Below are positions 1 through 9,395 of a DNA stretch of 42,775 bases, piece after piece. The notes under the pieces were generated by a model. The model made no database searches and was not told where the DNA came from. It worked only from the letters and a program-made list of their open reading frames with translations. The DNA comes from Chitinophagaceae bacterium (GTDB lineage Bacteria; Bacteroidota; Bacteroidia; Chitinophagales; Chitinophagaceae). Every line of letters begins with the position of its first letter. Position 1 is the stretch's first letter. The stretch spans positions 1-42,775 of the forward strand of contig CANGEZ010000001.1 of assembly GCA_947452875.1 (NCBI GenBank). The letters are read 5' to 3'. Made by a program: the position numbers and the translations under genes.

Positions 1-752
1 TACAACATCAAATTCCAAATCAACTGATCCAACCATTTTCTTGAATCAGGATCATCATCATTACCCATCCAACCTTTTGTTTTTTCGATGATGGTTTCGT
101 GAGCTGTTTTCAAACTGAAAATATTTTTTGTAGTCTGAGGTTCGGTAACTACCGGCTTTATAAGCGTAACTTTTGTTGCAATCCAAGACGAATATAATCT
201 TGGAATCGTTAATCCTAAAATCATACCTGGCAATCCATTAATACTGCAAGGCCCTCCCGGAATGGTGATTTCATCTGTATAAAAAGCAAACACATAAACA
301 CTGTCCATAATAATTCCTGTGGCTTTTCTGCAATTATAGCCGGCAATGATTCTGTTTTCATTGCTCAATTTCCAACGAATATTTCTGATGCTGTCTTTTA
401 CATTAAATGCACTTCCAAAAACATCTTTTTGCATGGTCATTTTGCCTGTAGTAAAATCAAAAAACCAAGAAGAAGATTCATCACTTTTTCTGAACATTTC
501 AGGTAAGGCATCTTTGTTTTCCCAATGGTCAAACTTATACAAACTTTTATTTTGACTAAAACTATAAGTATAAAAATTGGTTTTAAAATTGGGCAATTTA
601 TCTTTCATCATTTCGGCCCATGAGCTACTGCCCATTGTTTTTTTGATGTTCGTTTTTACTTCAAATTCGATTTCACCAGATTCTACAAACTGTGCTGAAA
701 CATGGAGTTGGATTGAAGTTGCCAATACAATGAAGAAGAATATTTTTTTCAT
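1..752 (-). CDS. GLPGLI family protein (~250 aa; stop codon cut by the window edge, so absent from the ORF track)
   Basis: Manual translation from the ATG at 752 gives MKKIFFFIVLATSIQLHVSAQ (signal peptide)...WKLSNENRIIAGYNCRKATG...AFYTDEITIPGGPCSINGLPGMILG...LIWNLML, then TA at positions 2-1. Confidence 0.9.
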   Translation of the reverse strand, partial: MKKIFFFIVLATSIQLHVSAQFVESGEIEFEVKTNIKKTMGSSSWAEMMKDKLPNFKTNFYTYSFSQNKSLYKFDHWENKDALPEMFRKSDESSSWFFDFTTGKMTMQKDVFGSAFNVKDSIRNIRWKLSNENRIIAGYNCRKATGIIMDSVYVFAFYTDEITIPGGPCSINGLPGMILGLTIPRLYSSWIATKVTLIKPVVTEPQTTKNIFSLKTAHETIIEKTKGWMGNDDDPDSRKWLDQLIWNLML

Positions 753-764
753 AATTATTTATTT

Positions 765-887
765 AAGCCCCCTCAATCCCCCAAAGGGGGAAGTTGATTG
801 TGCAATATTATATTTGTACTAATTTTTTTATTTATAAACTGACTATTCACGCTCCCCTCTCTTTTGGAGAGGGGTTGGGGGTGAGGC
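765..887. repeat. Inverted pair of GC-rich REP-like palindromic elements
   Basis: GCCCCCTCAATCCCCC-AAA-GGGGGA at 767-791 and CCCCTCTCT-TTT-GGAGAGGGG-TTGGGGGTGAGGC at 854-887 are related, oppositely oriented and separated by an AT-rich spacer. Confidence 0.7.
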
Positions 888-890
888 ATC

Positions 891-3668
891 TTACTTTTTA
901 CTCACCCCATTCTTATTCTTAAAATCCCAAGAAAAACCTACCATGAAATATCTTTTCAAACGTTGGTTTCTTTCTTCACTGAAAATATTCCCGTAATAAT
1001 TTCTGTCCAAACCAAGATTTTGATTCAGCAAATCATTTGCTTTCACATAAACCGTGTATTCATTTTTCTTGAATGTTTTCTGCACTTTCAAATTGATGAG
1101 ATGAACATTGAAATTGGCTGTTTCGCCGGCAAGTTTTTGTCTGGCATTATAAGTGTAATCTGTAACAAATGACCAACTTTTCTTATAGTAAACAGTACCA
1201 TTGAAAGTCAGTGTATTTGATCTGAAAGTGTTTGAAGTTTTAGTTTGTGAATTGGTATTGTAATTCAAACTAGCATTATTGTTCAAACTGAAATCATATT
1301 TATCAGCTTTTGATTTTCTCATGCCAATATTCAACCCTGAAGAAGTTGTATTTGAAAAGCTGTTTACACTATTGATCACATCTGCAAATCTTGAAAAATT
1401 CACATTGGGACTGATCTCCATTTCGATAGCCGATTTTTTCAGCTTAAATCCAATGCCTCCCCAAAAACTAACTGTAACATTGCCATTAGTATTGATGGGT
1501 TGTGAAGTGGTAGCACCTGTTGATGGATTAATAATTCTATTGTTTGTGATTGAATTTTCTGTGAAGATTACATTTACTGATTGATAGTTCCATAAGTTTT
1601 TCAAGAAATTATACCCGTTGTGTGTAACATTGAAATTACTAGAGAAAGAAGGCTTCAAATCAGGGTTTCCAATGTATTGATTGAAAATATTATTGTTGTT
1701 GCGCAATGGCTGCAATTGATTGATTGTAGGCTGAGAATTGTACCCATTGTATTTAATTCGTAATGAATGATTGCTTTTATAACTATAGACGAATGTTGCT
1801 GAAGGGAAAATATTGGTGTACTTTCTTACATAATCTTTATTAGAAGTTTTATCCAGTAAATCATAATCAGTAATGCCAAAGCCAGAACCAAAATTGAATT
1901 TGATTTTCTTACGAGCAAAATTAAATTTCGCTGATGGCGTATGGATTAAGATGTTTTGTTTGAAATCATTGGTAAGTGAATCTACCACATCGGTATATCC
2001 ATTGGGAGCTTTTGAATAAGTCGTTTGGTTATTTAAACCATCATTTAGTGACAACTCATAACCCAATTCCATTGACCAATTTTTAGAAAGTGGTTCTGTG
2101 TAAATTAATTTGGCAGAAATTTTCTTGGCGCTATTTTCAGATTGGGTCAACTGATTGATATTGATAATATAAGGAAACGAACCAGAATAAACTGCATTTA
2201 TAGAATTCAAATAATTGTCTGAGTTTGAATTATTGGCATTTAAGTCGGCAGTAACCGATAATGTTCTTCTTGCTTTTGAAAATCTATGCTTGAAAATAAT
2301 ATTACCAATCAATGCATATTTATCTGAATTTATTGATGAGTTTCTCGATGTAGCATTTTTCAAAATGCCTGAATTGCCTGAAGTACCTGATTTTGTTGTT
2401 TCATCACTTTCTGTATGGAAATAATTGTATCTCACAGTCACTTTAAGACTATTACTCGTATCCATTTTTACATCATAAATAAAACTGTTCTTAACGTTGT
2501 ATCTATTGATTTTTGTATTTACTTCTGCATTTTCAATCAAAGCAGAATCTCCTAATTGAGTTATCGTTTTGGTGTTTTTGATGTTACTGTAATCTTGCTG
2601 GTTAAATTTAGGAGAGAAGTTGAAATTATGTTTGTCGTTCCATTTATTAGTGTATTGAACGCCCGCATTTACATTTCTCATAAATCCATTTTCAGGATTG
2701 ATATAAATCTCATCATCACCCGAACGAGCAAACGAAAATGCAAAAATGCCATCTTCATCCATCATCTCGAAATTGTTATCATCACTGCCTCCATATTTTT
2801 GGTTTTCCTGCCAGCTCAACCCATCTTGTCCAGTATTGCCATTTAATACAAAAGCAGAAATTTTTCTTTTGCCTTTGAAGGAACCGAACAATAAATTATT
2901 ATTGAAACGATTGGTGATATCTTTTCCAACACCTCCTGCCAAACTAACTTTACCAAAATAACCTTTCTTTTTATCCTCTTTTAATTTAAGGTTAATTGTC
3001 TTTTGGGTATTGCCATCATCAATACCTGTAAATGCAGCTTGTTCACTTTTCTTATCAAATACCTGAACTTCTTTTACAGCATCGGCTCTGAGATTTTTTA
3101 CGGCCATGCCCGGATCATCACCAAAAAACTCTTCACCGTCTACCAGTACTTTTTCTACCTTTTCACCCATGGCTTTTATCTCACCATTTTTATCCACTTG
3201 AATCCCTGGTAATTTTTTCAATAGTTCTTCTACATTGGCATTGGCACTTACATTAAAACTGTCTGCGGTGTAAATTGTGGTATCTCCTTTTATTTTAATG
3301 GCACCACCAGTTTTGATGATGATGGCTTCAAGTAATTTGCTTTTATTAGTTAGTGATACAGGCTTTATTTTATCGCTACCTGATTTCACGGTAATATCAT
3401 CTACATATTCAGCATATAAAGGATGAGAAACCATGAAAATACATTTCCCAACCGGAACATTTTTGAGTTCAAAACTGCCATCAGCATTGGTTCTGGTAAA
3501 AGTCAATAAGCTTGAATCAGCTGCTGATAATACCATAACTACTGCATTGGGAATAGGTATTTGTCCGGATGCATCGATGATTTTACCGGTTTGACTGACT
3601 TTTTGAGCTGAAGCCGTTATGAATATCAATGAAAAGGCGAGTGATAATAGAATTTTTGTTGTACGCAT
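891..3668 (-). CDS. Outer-membrane beta-barrel protein, TonB-dependent-receptor-like, with N-terminal carboxypeptidase-regulatory-like domain
   Basis: Signal peptide MRTTKILLSLAFSLIFITASAQ (ATG at 3668 preferred over GTG at 3689); plug-like KGDTTIY..VEELLKKLPGIQVD..VLVDGEEFFGDDP; GNPDLKP; C-terminal RYFMVGFSWDF. Confidence 0.85.
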   Translation of the reverse strand: MRTTKILLSLAFSLIFITASAQKVSQTGKIIDASGQIPIPNAVVMVLSAADSSLLTFTRTNADGSFELKNVPVGKCIFMVSHPLYAEYVDDITVKSGSDKIKPVSLTNKSKLLEAIIIKTGGAIKIKGDTTIYTADSFNVSANANVEELLKKLPGIQVDKNGEIKAMGEKVEKVLVDGEEFFGDDPGMAVKNLRADAVKEVQVFDKKSEQAAFTGIDDGNTQKTINLKLKEDKKKGYFGKVSLAGGVGKDITNRFNNNLLFGSFKGKRKISAFVLNGNTGQDGLSWQENQKYGGSDDNNFEMMDEDGIFAFSFARSGDDEIYINPENGFMRNVNAGVQYTNKWNDKHNFNFSPKFNQQDYSNIKNTKTITQLGDSALIENAEVNTKINRYNVKNSFIYDVKMDTSNSLKVTVRYNYFHTESDETTKSGTSGNSGILKNATSRNSSINSDKYALIGNIIFKHRFSKARRTLSVTADLNANNSNSDNYLNSINAVYSGSFPYIININQLTQSENSAKKISAKLIYTEPLSKNWSMELGYELSLNDGLNNQTTYSKAPNGYTDVVDSLTNDFKQNILIHTPSAKFNFARKKIKFNFGSGFGITDYDLLDKTSNKDYVRKYTNIFPSATFVYSYKSNHSLRIKYNGYNSQPTINQLQPLRNNNNIFNQYIGNPDLKPSFSSNFNVTHNGYNFLKNLWNYQSVNVIFTENSITNNRIINPSTGATTSQPINTNGNVTVSFWGGIGFKLKKSAIEMEISPNVNFSRFADVINSVNSFSNTTSSGLNIGMRKSKADKYDFSLNNNASLNYNTNSQTKTSNTFRSNTLTFNGTVYYKKSWSFVTDYTYNARQKLAGETANFNVHLINLKVQKTFKKNEYTVYVKANDLLNQNLGLDRNYYGNIFSEERNQRLKRYFMVGFSWDFKNKNGVSKK

Positions 3669-3758
3669 ATCTTTAAAAATTTCATCCACGCTGATTAAAT
3701 AATTTTTCAGCAGGTGAACTTGTGTTAATTTTAGGAACTTTCAATTAAAAAACGAAGA

Positions 3759-3766
3759 CAAAGATA
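3759..3766 (-). promoter_or_regulatory. Bacteroidota -7 promoter element for the beta-barrel/GLPGLI pair
   Basis: TATCTTTG on the minus strand matches TAnnTTTG. Confidence 0.55.
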
Positions 3767-3770
3767 AACA

Positions 3771-5708
3771 ATGGCATACGAAGATGAACATTTTATTGAT
3801 ACTTCCGGCTCTGTTTGGAATTACTCATTATTTAATAACAATGTCATCGAATCTTTTCAACAAGGCGAACTTTCAACAGGTTATGATTATTTTGGAAGCC
3901 GTCCATTGAATCTATTGAACGCTCATGGATATTATTTTGCCGTTTGGGCGCCTCACGCCAAATTTGTTTCGGTAGCCGGAGATTTCAATAACTGGGATAC
4001 AGGCTCTCATCCTTTATTTCCTCGACTAGACCAATCTGGTATTTGGGAAGGTTTTATACCGAATGTTTCAAAAGGTTGTTGTTATAAATATCACATCAAT
4101 AGCATCAATGACGTTCAGGTCATGAAAGCCGATCCTTATGCGATTTTTTCAGAAAAAAGGCCGGCCACAGCTTCTATCACCTGGTCTTTTGATTATACAT
4201 GGAAAGATAAAAAATGGCTTTCTAAGCGGAAGAAAAACAATTCACTAGACGCTCCTTGGAATATATATGAGGTTCATTTGGGAAGCTGGATGAGGCCCGA
4301 TAAAAATGATGAAGAGAGTTTCAATTCATATTTACAAATTGCTGAAAGACTTGTTCCTTATGTAAAAGAAATGGGATTTACCCATGTGGAATTAATGCCA
4401 GTGATGGAATTCCCTTACGATAGGAGCTGGGGCTATCAATGTACAGGTTATTTTTCTGCTACCTCACGGTTTGGTATACCCGAAGATTTGATGTTTCTCA
4501 TTGATGAACTTCACAATAATGACATAGGCGTTATTTTTGATTGGGTGCCTTCTCATTTTCCAGGCGATGCTCATGGGTTATTCATGTTTGATGGCGCACA
4601 CACCTACGAATATGCGGATATGCGCAAAGGATTCCATCCAGATTGGAACAGCTATATTTTCAATTACAAAAGGGGAGAAGTAAGGTCTTTTTTAATCAGC
4701 AGTGCCCATTTTTGGATGCAACATTTTCATGGTGATGGAATAAGAGTTGATGCGGTGAATTCTATCATCAGACTAGATTTTTCAAGAAAAGAAGGAGAAT
4801 GGGAACGCAATGAATATGGAGGAAATGAAAACATAGAAGCCATCCAATTTTTAAAACGATTAAACGAAATTTTATACCAAGACTTTCCAGATATTCAAAC
4901 TATTGCTGAAGAGGCTTCAGATTGGCCAGGTATGACTTTGCCTACTCATTCCGGTGGTTTTGGTTTTGGTATGAAATGGATGATGGGCTGGATGCATGAT
5001 AGTTTCAGGTATTTTAAAACACATCCTGCCGACCGACATCACATACAAAATACATTCACTTTCAGCATGATGTATTTCTATGATGAAAACTTCATGTTGC
5101 CTCTGAGTCATGATGAAATCGTACATGGAAAAAGTCCAATGATTTACAAAATGCCAGGCGCCACTCATGAAAAATTTGCCAACCTCAGAATGTTGTACGC
5201 ATACATGTACACACATCCCGGCGCAAAGTTATTGTTCATGGGTGATGAATTTGCACAAACATCAGAATGGAATGAAGCCTCAGAACTTGACTGGCATTTA
5301 TTATCTCATGTTTCTCATCAAAAAATGAAAGCCTGCGTTAGCAAGCTTTGTCATCTGTATAAAGAAGAACCTGCACTTTATGAATACCAATTTGATTCCA
5401 AAGGATTTGAATGGCTGATGCTTGACAGAGGGCATGACGGCGTTATGGCCTACAAACGTAAAGGCAAGAATAAAATAAATGATCTTGTTATTGTCATCAA
5501 CACATCTGCAAAAAATTATCAGGATTATGGCATGACCTTAACAGGCAAATCAGAATGGAAAGAGATATTTAATAGTGACGATGAGGAATTCTGGGGTTCA
5601 GGAAAATACATGAACAATAATTTAACTATCAAAATAAAAGAGAAAAAAACGAACACCATTGAAATAAAACTTGCCATTCCGGCGTTAAGTGTAATGATAT
5701 TCCGATAG
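3771..5708 (+). CDS. glgB: 1,4-alpha-glucan branching enzyme (GH13)
   Basis: FAVWAP, IYEVHLGSW, SWGYQ, DWVPSHFP, catalytic RVDAV / AEE / LSHDE, HPGAKLLFMG. Confidence 0.97.
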   Translation: MAYEDEHFIDTSGSVWNYSLFNNNVIESFQQGELSTGYDYFGSRPLNLLNAHGYYFAVWAPHAKFVSVAGDFNNWDTGSHPLFPRLDQSGIWEGFIPNVSKGCCYKYHINSINDVQVMKADPYAIFSEKRPATASITWSFDYTWKDKKWLSKRKKNNSLDAPWNIYEVHLGSWMRPDKNDEESFNSYLQIAERLVPYVKEMGFTHVELMPVMEFPYDRSWGYQCTGYFSATSRFGIPEDLMFLIDELHNNDIGVIFDWVPSHFPGDAHGLFMFDGAHTYEYADMRKGFHPDWNSYIFNYKRGEVRSFLISSAHFWMQHFHGDGIRVDAVNSIIRLDFSRKEGEWERNEYGGNENIEAIQFLKRLNEILYQDFPDIQTIAEEASDWPGMTLPTHSGGFGFGMKWMMGWMHDSFRYFKTHPADRHHIQNTFTFSMMYFYDENFMLPLSHDEIVHGKSPMIYKMPGATHEKFANLRMLYAYMYTHPGAKLLFMGDEFAQTSEWNEASELDWHLLSHVSHQKMKACVSKLCHLYKEEPALYEYQFDSKGFEWLMLDRGHDGVMAYKRKGKNKINDLVIVINTSAKNYQDYGMTLTGKSEWKEIFNSDDEEFWGSGKYMNNNLTIKIKEKKTNTIEIKLAIPALSVMIFR

Positions 5709-5738
5709 TAAATATCACAAGTTTTAATCCGTACCCAA

Positions 5739-5945
5739 ATGAAAAACAACAAATCAATTACTGGCATATGCCTGTATAGCAGCATCTACGCCAACACGCA
5801 AGACATTTCTACATTTTTTCTAGAGAAAGAAATCATCAAAGCAACTTCTGAAAAAGAAATCATTTTTACTTTTCCGAATGCTCAATTTCACACTAATTAC
5901 TCAGGAGAGAAATCAAAAGATAATTCAAAAACATTTGACAAATGA
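5739..5945 (+). other. Short 68-aa ORF; possible gene remnant
   Basis: ATG in an A-rich context between glgB and a plus-strand terminator; no recognisable domain. Confidence 0.25.
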
Positions 5946-6002
5946 GATGTTGTCAATAGATACTAATTGTTTATAGTTTTAATGGTTGATTACAGGACAA
6001 AT

Positions 6003-6042
6003 AAGGAGGCTGTCTCGAAAGAGATGGTCTCTTTGTTATTTT
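6003..6042 (+). terminator. Intrinsic terminator
   Basis: GAGGCTGTCTC-GAAA-GAGATGGTCTC (3 G.U pairs on the plus strand) followed by TTTGTTATTTT. Confidence 0.75.
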
Positions 6043-6049
6043 GTAAAGA

Positions 6050-6997
6050 TTAGTTCATCATCAGAATATTTACACTTCTCTGTAAAATATTAAATGCGAT
6101 TTCCGCCATCAAATTTTCTTTATCAAGCGTTGGGTTTACCTCTGTAATTTCAAAGCAGCAAACTTTTCTGTTTTGCATGAATTTGCTGATTAAATCTTCT
6201 GCTTCTCTTTCTCTAAGGCCATTGCCTACAGGTGTTCCGGTTCCTTTTGAGATTGTAGAATCCAAACTATCTACATCAAAACTTACATAAATATCAGTGC
6301 AGTCGCTGAGATAGCGTAAAACTTTTCTACTTACGTTTTCTGCACCGTTTCTGCGCACTTCACTGGTTGGGATGACTTTGATGCCATGTTTTTCAATCAC
6401 TGCTTTTTCTTCTTTTTCAAAATCACGAAGAGAAATAAATACGATGTCTTCGGGTAACACTTTTTGAGAAATTTTGCCGATGGATTTTAATTGATTCCAA
6501 TACTTTTTAGTTACCTCATCAATATCATGAACCTTTGATTCTAAATTATCTTCTGCAATGGCTGTTGCCAAAGGCATACCATGCATATTACCTGAAGGCG
6601 TTGTATAAGGTGTATGTAAATCCGCATGCGCATCAATCCAAATTACACCCAATTTACTTTTGGGCTTTGCCATTTTGATGCCTGCAATGGTACCACCTGC
6701 ATTACTGTGATCGCCACTCAACACAACCGGAAAGAAATTATGTTTGATGCTATCGCAAACTGCCTTACTGATTCTTTCATACATGTTAAATACACCATGA
6801 ATTCTTTTGGCATATGGCGATTGAATAGGTTCGAATAATAATTTATTTTCAGTCTCCACTTTTTCTGAAGGAAAATGCACGAAGAAATTACTCATAAAAT
6901 CCAAACCAGCTATTTTAATAGCATCAACACCCAAACTTGCACCTCTGGTTCCTGCGCCAATTTCTGAAGGGACTTCTATAATTTTAATATTCTTCAT
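6050..6997 (-). CDS. rocF: Arginase
   Basis: SGDHS, WIDAHADLHT, SGNMHGMP, SFDVDSLD and EVNP ureohydrolase motifs. Confidence 0.93.
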   Translation of the reverse strand: MKNIKIIEVPSEIGAGTRGASLGVDAIKIAGLDFMSNFFVHFPSEKVETENKLLFEPIQSPYAKRIHGVFNMYERISKAVCDSIKHNFFPVVLSGDHSNAGGTIAGIKMAKPKSKLGVIWIDAHADLHTPYTTPSGNMHGMPLATAIAEDNLESKVHDIDEVTKKYWNQLKSIGKISQKVLPEDIVFISLRDFEKEEKAVIEKHGIKVIPTSEVRRNGAENVSRKVLRYLSDCTDIYVSFDVDSLDSTISKGTGTPVGNGLREREAEDLISKFMQNRKVCCFEITEVNPTLDKENLMAEIAFNILQRSVNILMMN

Positions 6998-7021
6998 AAT
7001 GTAATTTTTAAGTCGAGTTTA

Positions 7022-7029
7022 CAAATTTA
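7022..7029 (-). promoter_or_regulatory. -7 promoter element for arginase
   Basis: TAAATTTG about 25 nt upstream of the ATG, overlapping the upstream gene's stop codon. Confidence 0.55.
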
Positions 7030-7737
7030 AGGCTTTATTGATAGCGGGTTAATGCCTCTAATTGTTCCAAATGAATCTTTAATTGAAAATCTTGCAAATA
7101 AATCCTCGCTGTACCAGTTTTCAGATCTTGTTTTTTTGACTACTTCACTATGTTCCTTCATGCCGTATGCAAAAGCTTTCATGTCTTCAACAGATTCCCA
7201 AATGCTGAAAGTGGCTTGTTTGATCCAAGGTACTTCGCCAATGCCTACAGAAAAAATAAATCCTTTGGCATCATTCATTTGACTGGCAACGGGCGCTACA
7301 TGTTTCCAGAAAAATTTCATTTTGTTTAATCTGATGGTAGCACGAGTTAAAGTTGCGACTCTGCCTTTATAATCAACTTTTCCATCCAATTTACCAAATG
7401 GCTCTTGATGATCCCATTTGCCATGACCGGCAATAGGAGTAAGTAAGATAGTAAATGATTCTTTGGCAAACAAACGAATCCATAATGAAATGAAATTCCC
7501 CAATATGGCTGCATTGTTTTTCTCTGAAATTTCATTTTTGTGAACCAGAAAAATGGCCCATTGGTTTAGATCTGGAATTTTATCAAAACTGCCGTTTTTA
7601 CCGCAACCCATCAATTTATTAAAACTGTATTTTTTACTCATCCATAATGGAAGTCTGAATATAGCCATGGATACAAAAGCCAAAGGGATGGCGATGTTTC
7701 GATATCTGATGATGGTGAGTGAGGTTGTTGTGTTCAA
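7027..7737 (-). CDS. CrtA-like (spheroidene monooxygenase family) carotenoid oxygenase/hydroxylase
   Basis: KLMGCG..F, HGKWD..EPF, TLTRATIR, GIGEVP..KQATFSIW, H..VV..TR..NWYSE.LFARF; TTG start. Confidence 0.8.
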   Translation of the reverse strand: MNTTTSLTIIRYRNIAIPLAFVSMAIFRLPLWMSKKYSFNKLMGCGKNGSFDKIPDLNQWAIFLVHKNEISEKNNAAILGNFISLWIRLFAKESFTILLTPIAGHGKWDHQEPFGKLDGKVDYKGRVATLTRATIRLNKMKFFWKHVAPVASQMNDAKGFIFSVGIGEVPWIKQATFSIWESVEDMKAFAYGMKEHSEVVKKTRSENWYSEDLFARFSIKDSFGTIRGINPLSIKP

Positions 7738-7784
7738 ATTAAAAAGTCAAAATTTAAAATTTAAAATTAATCAAGACGATTAAT

Positions 7785-7825
7785 AAAAATAAAAAGAGGC
7801 TGTTTCTATAATTGAAACAGCCTCT
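7785..7825 (-). terminator. Intrinsic terminator of ndk
   Basis: Perfect 12-bp stem AGAGGCTGTTTC/GAAACAGCCTCT with a U-tract on the minus strand. Confidence 0.85.
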
Positions 7826-7849
7826 ACAAATATCAGTTATAAAGCTAAA

Positions 7850-8266
7850 TTAAAACTGCTCTAATTTAGAAAAGAAGAAATCGCCTTCGATAGCAGCATT
7901 CTCATCACTATCGCTTCCGTGAATCGCATTTTCTCCAATTGAAGCTGCAAATCTCTTACGGATAGTACCTTCTTCTGCATTAGCAGGATTGGTAGCTCCG
8001 ATCAATTTACGAAAATCTTCAACTGCATTATCTTTTTCAAGAATGGCAGCCGTAATAGGTCCGCGACTCATAAATTCAACCAATTCACCAAAGAAAGGTC
8101 TTTCTTTATGTACTGCGTAAAATTCACCTGCTTTTGCACTGCTAAGATGTAACATTTTCATAGCTACAATGCGAAAACCTGCATTATTAATCATTTCAAG
8201 AATGGCTCCTGTATTGCCTTTTTCAGTAGCATCAGGCTTAATCATCGTAAAAGTTCTGTTGGTCAT
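7850..8266 (-). CDS. ndk: Nucleoside-diphosphate kinase
   Basis: [34 protein letters not shown]; the ATG at 8266 is preferred because a -7 box lies over the upstream alternative start. Confidence 0.98.
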   Translation of the reverse strand: MTNRTFTMIKPDATEKGNTGAILEMINNAGFRIVAMKMLHLSSAKAGEFYAVHKERPFFGELVEFMSRGPITAAILEKDNAVEDFRKLIGATNPANAEEGTIRKRFAASIGENAIHGSDSDENAAIEGDFFFSKLEQF

Positions 8267-8284
8267 TTTGTATATTTTTGGGCG

Positions 8285-8292
8285 CAAAGATA
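8285..8292 (-). promoter_or_regulatory. -7 promoter element for ndk
   Basis: TATCTTTG followed by CGC; TCTG lies 19 nt upstream. Confidence 0.7.
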
Positions 8293-8321
8293 ATACCTTA
8301 ACATCTATTTACAGAATGGAA

Positions 8322-8352
8322 TTTGCCTATTCAACGATAAAACTTACATTTG
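8322..8352 (+). promoter_or_regulatory. -33/-7 promoter for nrnA-FKBP
   Basis: TTTG-N19-TACATTTG, a full consensus match. Confidence 0.75.
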
Positions 8353-8362
8353 CGCCACATTT

Positions 8363-9382
8363 ATGGATGTCATCAATAATATATTTCCAGAGATTACCAG
8401 TCCGAAAAAAGTTGTAATTACCATGCACCAAAAACCTGATGGTGATGCCATGGGTTCTACACTTGGATTATACCATTTTCTGCTTCAATTCGGACATGAG
8501 GTTACTGTAATTTCACCAACCAACTGGGCAAGTTTTTTAGATTGGATGCCAGCCAGCAATACAGTTTTGGATTACGAAAAGGAAACTAAAAAATCAGATG
8601 AGTTAATCCATCAAGCTGATTGGATTTTTTGCCTGGATTTCAATACCATGAGCCGTACCAAAAAAATGGAAGAGGTATTGTTGAAATCAAATGCCACTAA
8701 AATTCTTATTGACCATCATCAACAACCGCAAACTGAAGTATTTCATTTTGGCATCAGCGATACCACCAAAAGTTCAACGGCTGAAATGGTTTATGATTTC
8801 ATTAATGCCTCAGGATATAATGACAAAATCAACGAACCCATTTCACAATGCCTTTATGCAGGCGTGATGACAGATACCGGCTCATTCAGATTCCCATCAA
8901 CATCAGCTTCTGTGCATATCATGGTGGCTGATTTAATTTCAAAAGGATTGAAACATAGTGTTATCCATGAAAATCTTTTTGATAATTTTTCTGAAAACCG
9001 TTTAAGATTTATTGGCAATACGCTTTTGAATCGTATGCAAATTTTTTATGAATACAATACGGCCCTAATTTCAATAACACAACAAGATCTGATCAAATAC
9101 GATATTAAAACAGGCGATACTGAAGGATTGGTCAATTATCCTTTAAGCATAGAAGGTATAAGACTCGCAGCCATTATCATCGACAGGGGAGAAGAAAGAA
9201 AATGTTCCTTTAGAAGCAAGGGTAGTTTTGATGCAAATACTTTTGCCAGAAAATACTTTAATGGTGGCGGACATTACAATGCGGCCGGTGGACATAGTAA
9301 AGAATCATTGGAAACAGCAGTTTCAGATTTTATTAAGGCCATGCATGAAAACAAAAATGAATTAAGTACTTATCAATTTTAA
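8363..9382 (+). CDS. nrnA: DHH-family bifunctional oligoribonuclease/pAp phosphatase
   Basis: HQKPDGDAMGS, LD, IDHH, SSTAE, TDTGSF, SFRS, GGGHYNAAG. Confidence 0.92.
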   Translation: MDVINNIFPEITSPKKVVITMHQKPDGDAMGSTLGLYHFLLQFGHEVTVISPTNWASFLDWMPASNTVLDYEKETKKSDELIHQADWIFCLDFNTMSRTKKMEEVLLKSNATKILIDHHQQPQTEVFHFGISDTTKSSTAEMVYDFINASGYNDKINEPISQCLYAGVMTDTGSFRFPSTSASVHIMVADLISKGLKHSVIHENLFDNFSENRLRFIGNTLLNRMQIFYEYNTALISITQQDLIKYDIKTGDTEGLVNYPLSIEGIRLAAIIIDRGEERKCSFRSKGSFDANTFARKYFNGGGHYNAAGGHSKESLETAVSDFIKAMHENKNELSTYQF

Positions 9383-9395
9383 AAATAAAAAAACA

